Below are positions 55,808-64,000 of a stretch of 64,000 nucleotides of DNA, piece after piece; position 1 is the first letter of the stretch; each line of letters opens with the position of its first letter. The stretch comes from Candidatus Onthovivens sp. (GTDB taxonomy: Bacteria; Bacillota_I; Bacilli_A; RFN20; CAG-826). Below the pieces are notes generated by a model, which saw nothing but the letters and a program-made list of their open reading frames with translations, was not told the DNA's origin and did not search any database. A program made the position numbers and the translations under genes. The stretch lies in assembly GCA_036746835.1 (NCBI GenBank), contig DAIODM010000003.1, positions 1,033 through 65,032 of the forward strand, given 5' to 3'.

Positions 55808-56471
55808 ATTCTAACTTATATCCTAAACTTCTAATTGAAGTGATAATTACTTTACTATGCATAGCTTTTAATTTTCGTCTTAAAAATGAAATATAAACTT
55901 CAACACTATTATATAAAGTATCGCTATCATAACCCCAAATTTTAACAGTTAAAAACTCTTTATTTACTTGGTTTGGAAATTTATCCATTAGCATATCAAG
56001 TATTTCAAATTCTTTTTGTCCAAGAATAATTCGATTATCTTTGCAAGTTAATTCATGATTATCACGATTCAAAGTAATATCAAAAACTGTCTTTACATTA
56101 AGTTTAATTTCTTCTTTTCTACGTGATAAAGCTTTAACACGAGCATCTAATTCTCTTATAGCAAATGGTTTTGCAAGATAATCATCAGCTCCTAAATTTA
56201 AACCTTTAACTTTATCATCAATTTCTCCTAGCGCACTTAAAACAAGGACTGGAGTATCAATATGTTCTTTTCTTAAATCGTTTAAAATACTCCATCCATC
56301 TTTTTTAGGAAGCATTATATCTAAAATAATAACATCATAAGTGCCACTTAAAGCTTCAAGATAACCTTTTTCGCCATCGTTAGCGATAGTGATAGGAACT
56401 TGTTCTCTTTTAAAGTATTCAGCAACCGCATCAGTTAAGGATACCTTGTCTTCAATCATTAATAATTTCAT
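55791..56471 (-). CDS. OmpR-family response regulator
   Basis: Start placed at the internal Met (MKLLMIEDK..., about 56471). Receiver Asp in IILDIMLP. Winged-helix C-terminal domain. Overlaps the kinase gene by 17 nt. Confidence 0.9.
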   Translation of the reverse strand: MKLLMIEDKVSLTDAVAEYFKREQVPITIANDGEKGYLEALSGTYDVIILDIMLPKKDGWSILNDLRKEHIDTPVLVLSALGEIDDKVKGLNLGADDYLAKPFAIRELDARVKALSRRKEEIKLNVKTVFDITLNRDNHELTCKDNRIILGQKEFEILDMLMDKFPNQVNKEFLTVKIWGYDSDTLYNSVEVYISFLRRKLKAMHSKVIITSIRSLGYKLEYENDK

Positions 56472-56576
56472 GACTATATTATAGATTAAGAAAAATAGAA
56501 TTTGAGAAATTTCGATATTTTTCAAGGGTTCTTTAAGGTTTCGAGAATATAGTTTAGGCATAAGGAGAAATCTTTT

Positions 56577-58505
56577 ATGAAGAAATTTACTAAAAATAAA
56601 AAGAAGGGATTAATGTTTTTAGGGCTTTCTCTCGTTGCTTTATTAACAGCTTGTGGAGCTAATTCTTCTACTAGTGGAAGCAGCGCAACAAATGTAAATA
56701 CTGATGATAGCGATAGCCAAGATATTCCTGATGAAAAAGATACGACTGGTGAAGGAACTGCTATCACTGATGAAACAAGCACAACTGAATCAGATGAAGA
56801 AAAAATTAGTACAATTCCTACAACAGCAACTGAAATTAAACTTGTAGATGATGGAACAATTGCAGGAACTGGCTATGAAGTTGATGGAAATGTAATTACT
56901 ATTATTAGCGATGGAAGTTATGCATTAACAGGCACATTATCCAATGGATTTATTGTCGTTAAGAAAAACGTCTTTGCTCATTTATATTTAAATGGCGTTT
57001 CAATTACTTCTTTAACAGGTTCTCCTCTTATTTTTAAAAAGGATACAACTCATGATTATCCAAGCGTTATAACTCTAGTTGAAGGATCAACAAATACTTT
57101 AGTTGATGCTAATTTAGCAACTTACACAAGTGGCGATTTAGATGATGATGGAACATATGCAAATAACGCAACTTTCTATGCTAAACGTAGCGTTTCTATT
57201 AATGGAACAGGAACTTTAAATATTAAATCTTATTATCATGAAGGTGTTCATATTAAAGGAGATGCAACTGTATTAGATGGAAATATTGTTGTTGATTCTT
57301 ATGATCATGGTTTTAAAGGAGACGATAATATTTATTTCTTAGGTGGTACGGTTGATATTACAAGTAGTGCAGGTGATGGAGTTAAAACTGAGGAACCAGA
57401 TGAAGGCGATGCTTATGATGCATCTTTATATAACGCCAAATTTGGTGCAGTAAATTTAACAATTGATGCGAAATATGATGGAATTCAAGTTGAAAACAGC
57501 ATCTTATTTGATGGTGGAGTTTATAACATTACAACTTATGGCGGTTTAAAGAATAGATCAACCTATGAAAAAGATTATGAATATGATGATAATGGAAATG
57601 TTGTCTATGAAGATGGTGAAGCTCAACTTGTAAGTGCAAAAAGTATTAAAACAAGTTACGATTGGACAAGCTCGATGGTTGATGGATATTCTAGTATTTA
57701 TGTAAAGAGCGGAACATTCGTAATTGATGCTGTAGACGATGCTTTCAATGCTAATAATGCCTTAATTATTGATGGTGGAACCTTTAATATTCAAGCTGGA
57801 GATGATGGAATGCATGCTGATAATGTCTTTACCTTTAATGATGGCACTATTAATATATCTTTATCTTATGAAGGACTTGAAGCAAGTAATATGAATTTTG
57901 TTGGTGGTACTGCTACGGTTTATGCAACAGATGATGGAATAAACGCAAGCGATAAACATACATCAGTTGCCGATGGACAATATGATAGTACCTGCCAAAT
58001 GTACTTTAATGGATCAACAATTTATGTTAGTGCTGAAGGTGATGGAATTGATAGCAATGGTACCGCACAATTTAATGCTGGCGTTGTAACTGTTGAAGGG
58101 CCAACAAATGGAGGTAATAGTGCTATTGATACAAATGGTGGCTACGTTATTAATGGTGGAACTATTATTGCAGCAAGTGCTGTAGGTATGGTTGAAAATC
58201 CAAAGAGTAATGGAACACAATATAGCGCAACCTTAAGTGCAAGTATTACTAAAGGAACAGTGGTTAAATTCACTGATAATGATGGAAATGAAATCACTTC
58301 ATATACTGCAACTAAAAATGGTGGTTGTGTAATGCTTTCTAGTAATCTATTAAAGTTAAATGGAACTTATAAATTATATTTAAATGGAACTTTAACTACG
58401 ACTTGGACTCAAGATTCTTTGGTCTTCTCTAACGTTTCAACACAAAATGGAATGGGTGAAGGTCAACCTGGTGGTCAAGGTCAACCTGGTGGCGGAAGAT
58501 TCTAG
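56577..58505 (+). CDS. Secreted lipoprotein with periodic beta-helix-like repeats (carbohydrate-binding DUF4353-like)
   Basis: Lipobox LLTAC. Recurring [DG]DG[IMV]x[AS] units (GDGVKTE, YDGIQVE, DDAFNAN, DDGMHAD, DDGINAS, GDGIDSN). GQPGGQGQPGG tail. Divergent from the TCS. Confidence 0.65.
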   Translation: MKKFTKNKKKGLMFLGLSLVALLTACGANSSTSGSSATNVNTDDSDSQDIPDEKDTTGEGTAITDETSTTESDEEKISTIPTTATEIKLVDDGTIAGTGYEVDGNVITIISDGSYALTGTLSNGFIVVKKNVFAHLYLNGVSITSLTGSPLIFKKDTTHDYPSVITLVEGSTNTLVDANLATYTSGDLDDDGTYANNATFYAKRSVSINGTGTLNIKSYYHEGVHIKGDATVLDGNIVVDSYDHGFKGDDNIYFLGGTVDITSSAGDGVKTEEPDEGDAYDASLYNAKFGAVNLTIDAKYDGIQVENSILFDGGVYNITTYGGLKNRSTYEKDYEYDDNGNVVYEDGEAQLVSAKSIKTSYDWTSSMVDGYSSIYVKSGTFVIDAVDDAFNANNALIIDGGTFNIQAGDDGMHADNVFTFNDGTINISLSYEGLEASNMNFVGGTATVYATDDGINASDKHTSVADGQYDSTCQMYFNGSTIYVSAEGDGIDSNGTAQFNAGVVTVEGPTNGGNSAIDTNGGYVINGGTIIAASAVGMVENPKSNGTQYSATLSASITKGTVVKFTDNDGNEITSYTATKNGGCVMLSSNLLKLNGTYKLYLNGTLTTTWTQDSLVFSNVSTQNGMGEGQPGGQGQPGGGRF

Positions 58506-58547
58506 TTTATTTTAAAAAGCTTCTATTAAATTAAATATATAGAGGAA

Positions 58548-58577
58548 AAGAGAATGTCCTACTCATTCTCTTTTTTG
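58548..58577 (+). terminator. Intrinsic terminator
   Basis: AAGAGAATG-tcctact-CATTCTCTTTTTT. Confidence 0.8.
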
Positions 58578-58625
58578 TTTGTTACCTCTAAAAATATGTA
58601 TAGAATATAGTCGTGAGGTAGAAAT

Positions 58626-61004
58626 ATGGATAAGAAAAAGTTCGAAAAAATTAAGTTAGAAGATCGTTGTTTATTCCTTAGTGGAGCTGATAATTGGCAC
58701 ACTAGAGAGATTAAAGAATTAAATCTTAAACCTATCATGATGACTGATGGACCAAATGGGGTTCGTAAGTGTAATTTAGATAGTATGGTTATCGAAATGA
58801 GTACTGATCCAGCCACTGTTTTTCCATGTAATGTTCTCCTCGCATCAACTTGGAATAAAGATATTGCATATAAGTATGGGAAAGCATTAGGCGAAGAAAC
58901 TAAAGATAAAGGTGTTTCTATTTTATTAGGTCCAGGAATCAATATTAAAAGAAATCCTTTATGTGGTAGAAATTTTGAATATTTAAGTGAAGATCCATAT
59001 TTAGCAGGTTATATAAGTGCAAATTATATTAAAGGTTTACAAAGCAATGGTATTGCTTGTTCGTTAAAACATTTTGCAGCAAATAACCAAGAAAATTATC
59101 GTAATTTAATTAATGAAATAATTGATGAAAGAGCTTTAAGAGAAGTCTATTTAAAGCCTTTTGAGATTGCAGTTAAAGAAGCAAAACCAAAAACTATTAT
59201 GACTAGTTATAATAAAATTAATGGTTATTTTAGTAGCGATAATAAATGGCTTTTAGATGATGTTTGTAGAAAAGAGTGGGGATATGATGGGGTTTTCATT
59301 AGTGATTGGCGTGGATTAGGTCATATTGTTGATGCTACCAAAGCTGGTTTAAATCTTGAAATGCCAACTAGTGGAAAGCGAAATGCAGAAGATTTATTAG
59401 AAGCAGTTAAGTCGCATAATATTGATGAAAAATATGTAAATGAACGAGGCTATGAACTCGCAAAATTTATTGAAGAATGTTTGAAGAATAAGGATGAGAA
59501 GTTTAAAGCGGATTATAAGCGCAATCATGAAATTGCTCGAGAAATCGCTGCTGATGGAATTATTTTACTTAAAAATGCTGATGATGTTTTACCTTTAAAA
59601 GCAGAAGAAAAAATACTTTATGTCGGAGACTTATTAACGAAAGATAAATTTGAAGGTGGTGGTTCAAGTCATGCTACCCCTAAAGATTTAAGAAACCTTA
59701 AGAAAACATTAGAAGATAAAAATGCTTCATTTGTTAAAGGATATGATTTAGATGATAGTTTAAAATTAAATAATGAGCTATTAAGTGAAGCAATTAATAA
59801 AGCAAAAACAAGTGACAAAGTGGTCGTTTTTGTTGGACCAGATGATAAAGTGGAAAGCGAAGGATATGATAGAAGCAATCTATCACTTCCAAAATCACAA
59901 ATAAAATTAGTTATTGAATTAAGTAAGGTTAATAAGAATATTGTCGTTGTTTTGCTTAATGGTGCACCTTATGAGCTTCCATTTAAAAATGAAGTAAAAG
60001 GTATTTTAGAAGCCTATTTAGGTGGCGAAGCTTATAGTGAAGCGATAAAAGACATTTTGTACGCAAAAGTTGTTCCAAGTGGACGTTTAGCAGAAACTTT
60101 CCCAATTAAATATGAAGATGTTCCAAGTAGTAAATATTTCCCTGGAGGAAATATGACAAGCGAATATCGTGATTCTATTTTTGTAGGGTATCGATATTAT
60201 GAAACATTTGGCAAACAAGTGAATTATCCATTTGGTTATGGTTTAAGTTATTCTAAATTTACCTATTCAGATTTAAAATTATGTTTAAATGAAAAAGGTT
60301 TAATCATTTCTTTTAAAGTAAAGAATTTAGGTCCTTATGTTGCTAAAGAAGTCAGTGAAATATACATAGGTTCTCCAGCGAATGGTGTTTTTAAGGCCAA
60401 AAAAGAATTAAAAGATTTTGCTAAAACTGAACTTAAAGTTCGTGAAACAAAAGAACTTCATATTGAGATTCCTCTTGATAAATTAAAGTACTTTAATGTA
60501 GCTGAGAAAAAATGGGTACTAAACTCTGGCAACTATTATGTCTACGTTGGAGGGGATAGTCATAATGAAGAATTGAAGGGATTAATTAATATAGAATCAA
60601 AAGAAGAAGAGGTTAATCCATATAATTCAAAAGACTTAAAGAGTTATTATGATGGTTCAATTAAAAATATTTCAAAAAGAGAATTTGCAAAATTAATTGG
60701 TAAAAAAATTCCTAGAGCAAATTCAAAATGGTTCCCACCATTTAATGAAGATAATTGTTTAAATACAATTCGCCATACAATTATTGGTCATGCTTTAAGA
60801 AAAGCTATGCTTAAAAATGAAACAATTAAAAATAATCCTGAATATTTATCTCAATTAATGCAATTACCATTTAGACAATTAATGATGATGGGTGCCGATA
60901 ATATTTCTAGAGAAGAAATTAAAGGTTTCTACGATTTTATAAATGGAAAAGCAACTAAAAAGAATGCTGATTTAGTAAAGAGTTTATTTAGCAAAATTAA
61001 ATAA
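58626..61004 (+). CDS. Glycoside hydrolase family 3 beta-glucosidase
   Basis: GPGINIKRNPLCGRNFEY, KHFAANNQE, nucleophile context GVFISDW, and a C-terminal Fn3-like domain. Confidence 0.9.
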   Translation: MDKKKFEKIKLEDRCLFLSGADNWHTREIKELNLKPIMMTDGPNGVRKCNLDSMVIEMSTDPATVFPCNVLLASTWNKDIAYKYGKALGEETKDKGVSILLGPGINIKRNPLCGRNFEYLSEDPYLAGYISANYIKGLQSNGIACSLKHFAANNQENYRNLINEIIDERALREVYLKPFEIAVKEAKPKTIMTSYNKINGYFSSDNKWLLDDVCRKEWGYDGVFISDWRGLGHIVDATKAGLNLEMPTSGKRNAEDLLEAVKSHNIDEKYVNERGYELAKFIEECLKNKDEKFKADYKRNHEIAREIAADGIILLKNADDVLPLKAEEKILYVGDLLTKDKFEGGGSSHATPKDLRNLKKTLEDKNASFVKGYDLDDSLKLNNELLSEAINKAKTSDKVVVFVGPDDKVESEGYDRSNLSLPKSQIKLVIELSKVNKNIVVVLLNGAPYELPFKNEVKGILEAYLGGEAYSEAIKDILYAKVVPSGRLAETFPIKYEDVPSSKYFPGGNMTSEYRDSIFVGYRYYETFGKQVNYPFGYGLSYSKFTYSDLKLCLNEKGLIISFKVKNLGPYVAKEVSEIYIGSPANGVFKAKKELKDFAKTELKVRETKELHIEIPLDKLKYFNVAEKKWVLNSGNYYVYVGGDSHNEELKGLINIESKEEEVNPYNSKDLKSYYDGSIKNISKREFAKLIGKKIPRANSKWFPPFNEDNCLNTIRHTIIGHALRKAMLKNETIKNNPEYLSQLMQLPFRQLMMMGADNISREEIKGFYDFINGKATKKNADLVKSLFSKIK

Positions 61005-61034
61005 AAATACCGCGCTTACTGCGCGGTATTTCTT
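61005..61034. terminator. Bidirectional terminator
   Basis: AATACCGCGC-ttact-GCGCGGTATT, GC-rich and flanked by A/T runs. Confidence 0.85.
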
Positions 61035-62053
61035 TACCATTTATTAGTAACTCTTTCAGCAAAACCTAAGGCGTGATCAAATTTTAAAGTCTTTCGTTTA
61101 TATTTTATTTCTCCATCAAAATAACCGAATACTTGGTTTTGTAATGAAGCTAATATAAGAAGATTTGTATTATCTTTTCGATCTAAAATAGGGGTAAAAG
61201 TAAGGTTAATATCGTTTGATTCACTGACCATTTTCCATGGTTCGAGATACTTATAATTTCCTTTTTCATCTTTAGGAATTAAAAACTGAACATCATTAAG
61301 TTTATAAGCCTCTTTATTTAAAAAAGCCATATTTTCACTTGCAGCATTTGTATCACCAAATCCATAACCTAAATTGAATCCTTTATATCCATCTTTATCT
61401 TTGATTGATAAGCTTGACCAATACCAAGTGTTTTTATAAGTCCAAACGCCTCTTCCCCAATCAAGTCCACCAACTGCATTGTTAAATAGATATTTTTCTT
61501 CACCAATTGAGAAATAGCCTCTTGCCACTAAACAATTTATTTTTTGATTATAGTAGAAGTGACGATTTTTCTTAAATGGTGTAGCAATTACCATAGTATT
61601 TGGGTTAGTTTGTGTAACAACTAAATCACAATTAAAGTCACTATATTTAGTAAATCCTTTAAAGCTACAAATTAAATGTCGTTCTGTTCCATCATTTAAA
61701 AATTTAAAAGAGAAATCTTTTCCAGTATAAATGATGTCGCCTTTAACACTGCTTGCTGGAAGTTTAACCTTCCCTAAAGAGAGTGGTTTAATCTTTGATT
61801 TAGTAATATATCTTTTAAGTTTAAAATCTAAAAAAGAAACACTTACTAAAGACATATAAGAATTATCATCAACTGTAAGAGCAATTCCATAATCTCCTTC
61901 AATAAAGTAGTAGTAATCCCATTCTTTTATTCGTAATTTGTTTCCTTTAATATCTTTTCGATCATAATCACGAACAAGTGAGTAACTAAAACCGCATTCT
62001 TTTAGATTACCAAAGTTATCTAAAAGTTTTCCTTGTGTTAATTCTTTATCCAT
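61034..62053 (-). CDS. DUF2804-family protein
   Basis: 339 aa. N-terminal KEWDYYYF and beta-rich composition match my memory of the DUF2804 family. No search was run. Confidence 0.6.
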   Translation of the reverse strand: MDKELTQGKLLDNFGNLKECGFSYSLVRDYDRKDIKGNKLRIKEWDYYYFIEGDYGIALTVDDNSYMSLVSVSFLDFKLKRYITKSKIKPLSLGKVKLPASSVKGDIIYTGKDFSFKFLNDGTERHLICSFKGFTKYSDFNCDLVVTQTNPNTMVIATPFKKNRHFYYNQKINCLVARGYFSIGEEKYLFNNAVGGLDWGRGVWTYKNTWYWSSLSIKDKDGYKGFNLGYGFGDTNAASENMAFLNKEAYKLNDVQFLIPKDEKGNYKYLEPWKMVSESNDINLTFTPILDRKDNTNLLILASLQNQVFGYFDGEIKYKRKTLKFDHALGFAERVTNKW

Positions 62054-62055
62054 AT

Positions 62056-63258
62056 TTATTCCCCCATTAACGAACTATAAATATTAATAAAATCTGATTC
62101 ATTAAACAAAACTGGGCAAGGATATAAAGGAACTGCTTCCTTGTATGAGGCTTTACTTAATGTTTCGATATCTTCTTTTTTGATTTCTTTAATTTTTTCA
62201 GGTAGAGCAAAAGTTTTATTTAAATCTTTAATATAATTAATTAAAAGAGTGGCATTTGTTATTGAATCATTTTCGAGTTTTCCTACACCAATATAGATTG
62301 CAATTTTACTTAATTTCTTTTTTGATTTATTTTTATAAATTTCAAGAATATGAGGAAGGATAATTGCGTTTAAATATCCATGAGGCAAATTGTATTTTCC
62401 ACCAATTGCGTGAGCAATAGCGTGAACATTTCCAACCATACTTCTAGTAAAAGCTTTACCTGCTAAAAATGAAGCATAAAGCATATAACTTTTGGCTTCT
62501 AAATCATCTTTTTTGTTATAACCTTTTAAAATGTTATCATGAATTAATTTAATAGCTTCTAGAGAATATTTTCTTGTCTTTCTTGTTGAATCAAGATTTA
62601 AATAAGCTTCGATTGCGTGGGTTAAAGCATCCATACCAGTGGTTGCGTAAACTTGAGGAGGAAGATTTAAAAGCAAGCGTGGTTCTAAGAAAGCATATTT
62701 AGGGACACAACGCATTGATTCGATTGGAAATTTTTCTCCAGTCTTTTCATTACGAACAACAGCGGCAACCGTCGTTTCGCTTCCAGTTCCACATGTAGTA
62801 GGGAAAGCAACCATCGTTGGCATATTGTGTTTTGGTTTAAATAAACCCTTATATTTCTCAATGGTTTTACCATTAGTGGCTAAAATACCAATAGTTTTGG
62901 AGCAATCCATAACGCTTCCGCCACCAAGAGCAATAATAGCGTTACAATTATTCTTTTTATAAACATCTAATCCATCATATATATTTTTAAAAGTTGGATT
63001 AGGAGTAACATCTAAATATAAAACATAATTTATATTAGCTTTTTTTAGTTCTTCTTCGACAATTTTGGTTAAACCAAACTTATAAACGTTCTGATCACTA
63101 ACGATTAAAACATTAGTTACTTTTTTGGTTTTGAAATCACTAATCATCTCATCATATGATTTTAAAACAGTAGGTTCTTTCCATATTAAAAAGTACTCAG
63201 CAAAGGCCATTGTGTAATTAAATATTCTTACATTAATTTTTTGAATTAGTTTCATCAA
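62056..63258 (-). CDS. Iron-containing alcohol dehydrogenase
   Basis: GGGSVMDCSK. Metal-binding His cluster HAIAHAIGG..HG. 400 aa. Confidence 0.9.
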   Translation of the reverse strand: MMKLIQKINVRIFNYTMAFAEYFLIWKEPTVLKSYDEMISDFKTKKVTNVLIVSDQNVYKFGLTKIVEEELKKANINYVLYLDVTPNPTFKNIYDGLDVYKKNNCNAIIALGGGSVMDCSKTIGILATNGKTIEKYKGLFKPKHNMPTMVAFPTTCGTGSETTVAAVVRNEKTGEKFPIESMRCVPKYAFLEPRLLLNLPPQVYATTGMDALTHAIEAYLNLDSTRKTRKYSLEAIKLIHDNILKGYNKKDDLEAKSYMLYASFLAGKAFTRSMVGNVHAIAHAIGGKYNLPHGYLNAIILPHILEIYKNKSKKKLSKIAIYIGVGKLENDSITNATLLINYIKDLNKTFALPEKIKEIKKEDIETLSKASYKEAVPLYPCPVLFNESDFINIYSSLMGE

Positions 63259-63727
63259 TTATTCCTCCAAGTGCTTTTATATATTTAATACTGTTTAGTT
63301 GTCCATTTATCTTTGTGAAATCTGGAATATAACCTACTCTTATTTTTGTTTTATTCTTTAAGACTATTGTTAAATTTCCTGTATTATTCATGAATACGCT
63401 TAAGATGCCTGCAGCAATTTCGCTATGATCTAAATCATCAAATTTAATAACTATAACCTTATTAAATTTTCGATTAATCTTTAATGATTCATCATTAATT
63501 TCAAGAATCTTTTTTGGAGTTAATAAGTAATTTATAAACCAATAAAGCGAATCTAAAAATAAAATAATAAAAATAATAGTGGTTAATAAATATAAAGGAC
63601 TAACTCCAATTGTAAAGTTAGGAATAGCTACTAAAATAGCGACAGCTAGAAGTAAAACCATCGTGAAAATATACATTCCTATATATGATTTAGATTTATA
63701 GGCTAAAACTTGATATTCGTTTTGCAT
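63233..63727 (-). CDS. Membrane protein with 2 TM and a bacterial PH-like domain
   Basis: Start moved to the internal ATG (MQNEYQVLAYK) directly after the stop of a small upstream ORF. The track's upstream extension is Cys/Trp-rich and implausible. Confidence 0.6.
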   Translation of the reverse strand: MQNEYQVLAYKSKSYIGMYIFTMVLLLAVAILVAIPNFTIGVSPLYLLTTIIFIILFLDSLYWFINYLLTPKKILEINDESLKINRKFNKVIVIKFDDLDHSEIAAGILSVFMNNTGNLTIVLKNKTKIRVGYIPDFTKINGQLNSIKYIKALGGIIDETNSKN

Positions 63728-63732
63728 AATAC

Positions 63733-63897
63733 TTATTTTTTGTTGTTTTCTTTCTTTTTCTTTGAGTTTTTTACTAGCAAAAAGATCGCAATAATAATTC
63801 CAGCAACAAGAAGTCCAGATGCGATACAAATAGCATAAATCATCAGCATATTTGGTAAATCTTGAACTGGTGGAGCTATTACATCAAAAATATTCAT
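63733..63897 (-). CDS. Small single-TM protein (54 aa), below the ORF-track size cutoff
   Basis: GAGGAA SD 8 nt upstream of the ATG. MNIFDVIAPPVQDLPNMLMIYAICIASGLLVAGIIIAIFLLVKNSKKKKENNKK*. Hydrophobic helix plus a Lys-rich tail. Confidence 0.5.
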   Translation of the reverse strand: MNIFDVIAPPVQDLPNMLMIYAICIASGLLVAGIIIAIFLLVKNSKKKKENNKK

Positions 63898-64000
63898 AAT
63901 TAATTCCTCATTGATATTATAAATGTTTTTAATAAAATTAATAAATATAACCTCTATATATTAATAAATATAAAAGATAACCAATTAAAAAACTTAAGCA

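Noticed and set aside
58440-58502. Tandem GGTCAACCTGGTGG repeat (GQPGGQGQPGG)
   Set aside because: It has only two units and encodes a low-complexity C-terminal tail of the lipoprotein. It is not a repeat array.
58559-58942. 127-aa minus-strand ORF
   Set aside because: It is antisense to the GH3 5' end and runs through the terminator of the upstream gene.
1-64000. Alternative genetic code (UGA=Trp), CRISPR arrays, rRNA/tRNA genes, IS elements
   Set aside because: TGA is used as a stop (for example tetR at 7802-7804) and long conserved ORFs are intact under code 11. I noticed no regularly spaced repeats, no cloverleaf-like tRNA ends other than the tmRNA, and no transposase-like ORFs.

Overview
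Low-GC (about 30%) window from an anaerobic Bacillota- or Mycoplasmatota-like genome. It uses the standard code: TGA serves as a stop at the tetR/ABC junction and the ORFs are intact. Gene density is high and about 59 CDS are supported. Positions 1-33 kb are mostly core Firmicutes-type synteny: mgtE, a heterodimeric ABC exporter with TetR, pth-mfd-S4-tilS-ftsH-dus, lysS, rpsF-ssb-rpsR, gdpP-rplI-dnaB, yycJ-like and rlmH. A tmRNA gene (ssrA, + strand, 32788-33152) is missing from the ORF track and is overlapped by two spurious ORFs. Positions 35-44.4 kb hold a redox and H2-sensing fermentation module: rex, adhE, an hfsABCD-like cluster (2Fe-2S ferredoxin, PAS-containing sensory [FeFe]-hydrogenase, PP2C phosphatase, second [FeFe]-hydrogenase), a macrodomain hydrolase and a second rex paralog. 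The most unusual region is 46.8-53.5 kb. It has two paralogous small secreted proteins with SipW-cognate-type signal peptides (TasA/BsaA-like), and the second sits behind a sequence that reads as a class I c-di-GMP (GEMM-I) riboswitch with a terminator. These are followed by an ER/archaeal-type signal peptidase (SipW-like), an ABC-ATPase homolog with all catalytic motifs degenerate, a polytopic permease-like protein with a C-terminal SipW-like but apparently inactive domain, and a GGDEF-EAL protein. The tail of the window has corA, a two-component system divergent from a beta-helix-like lipoprotein, a GH3 beta-glucosidase, DUF2804, an Fe-ADH and small membrane proteins. I saw no rRNA, tRNA, CRISPR array, transposase or integrase. 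All family assignments come from motif recognition by eye, and no database search was run.
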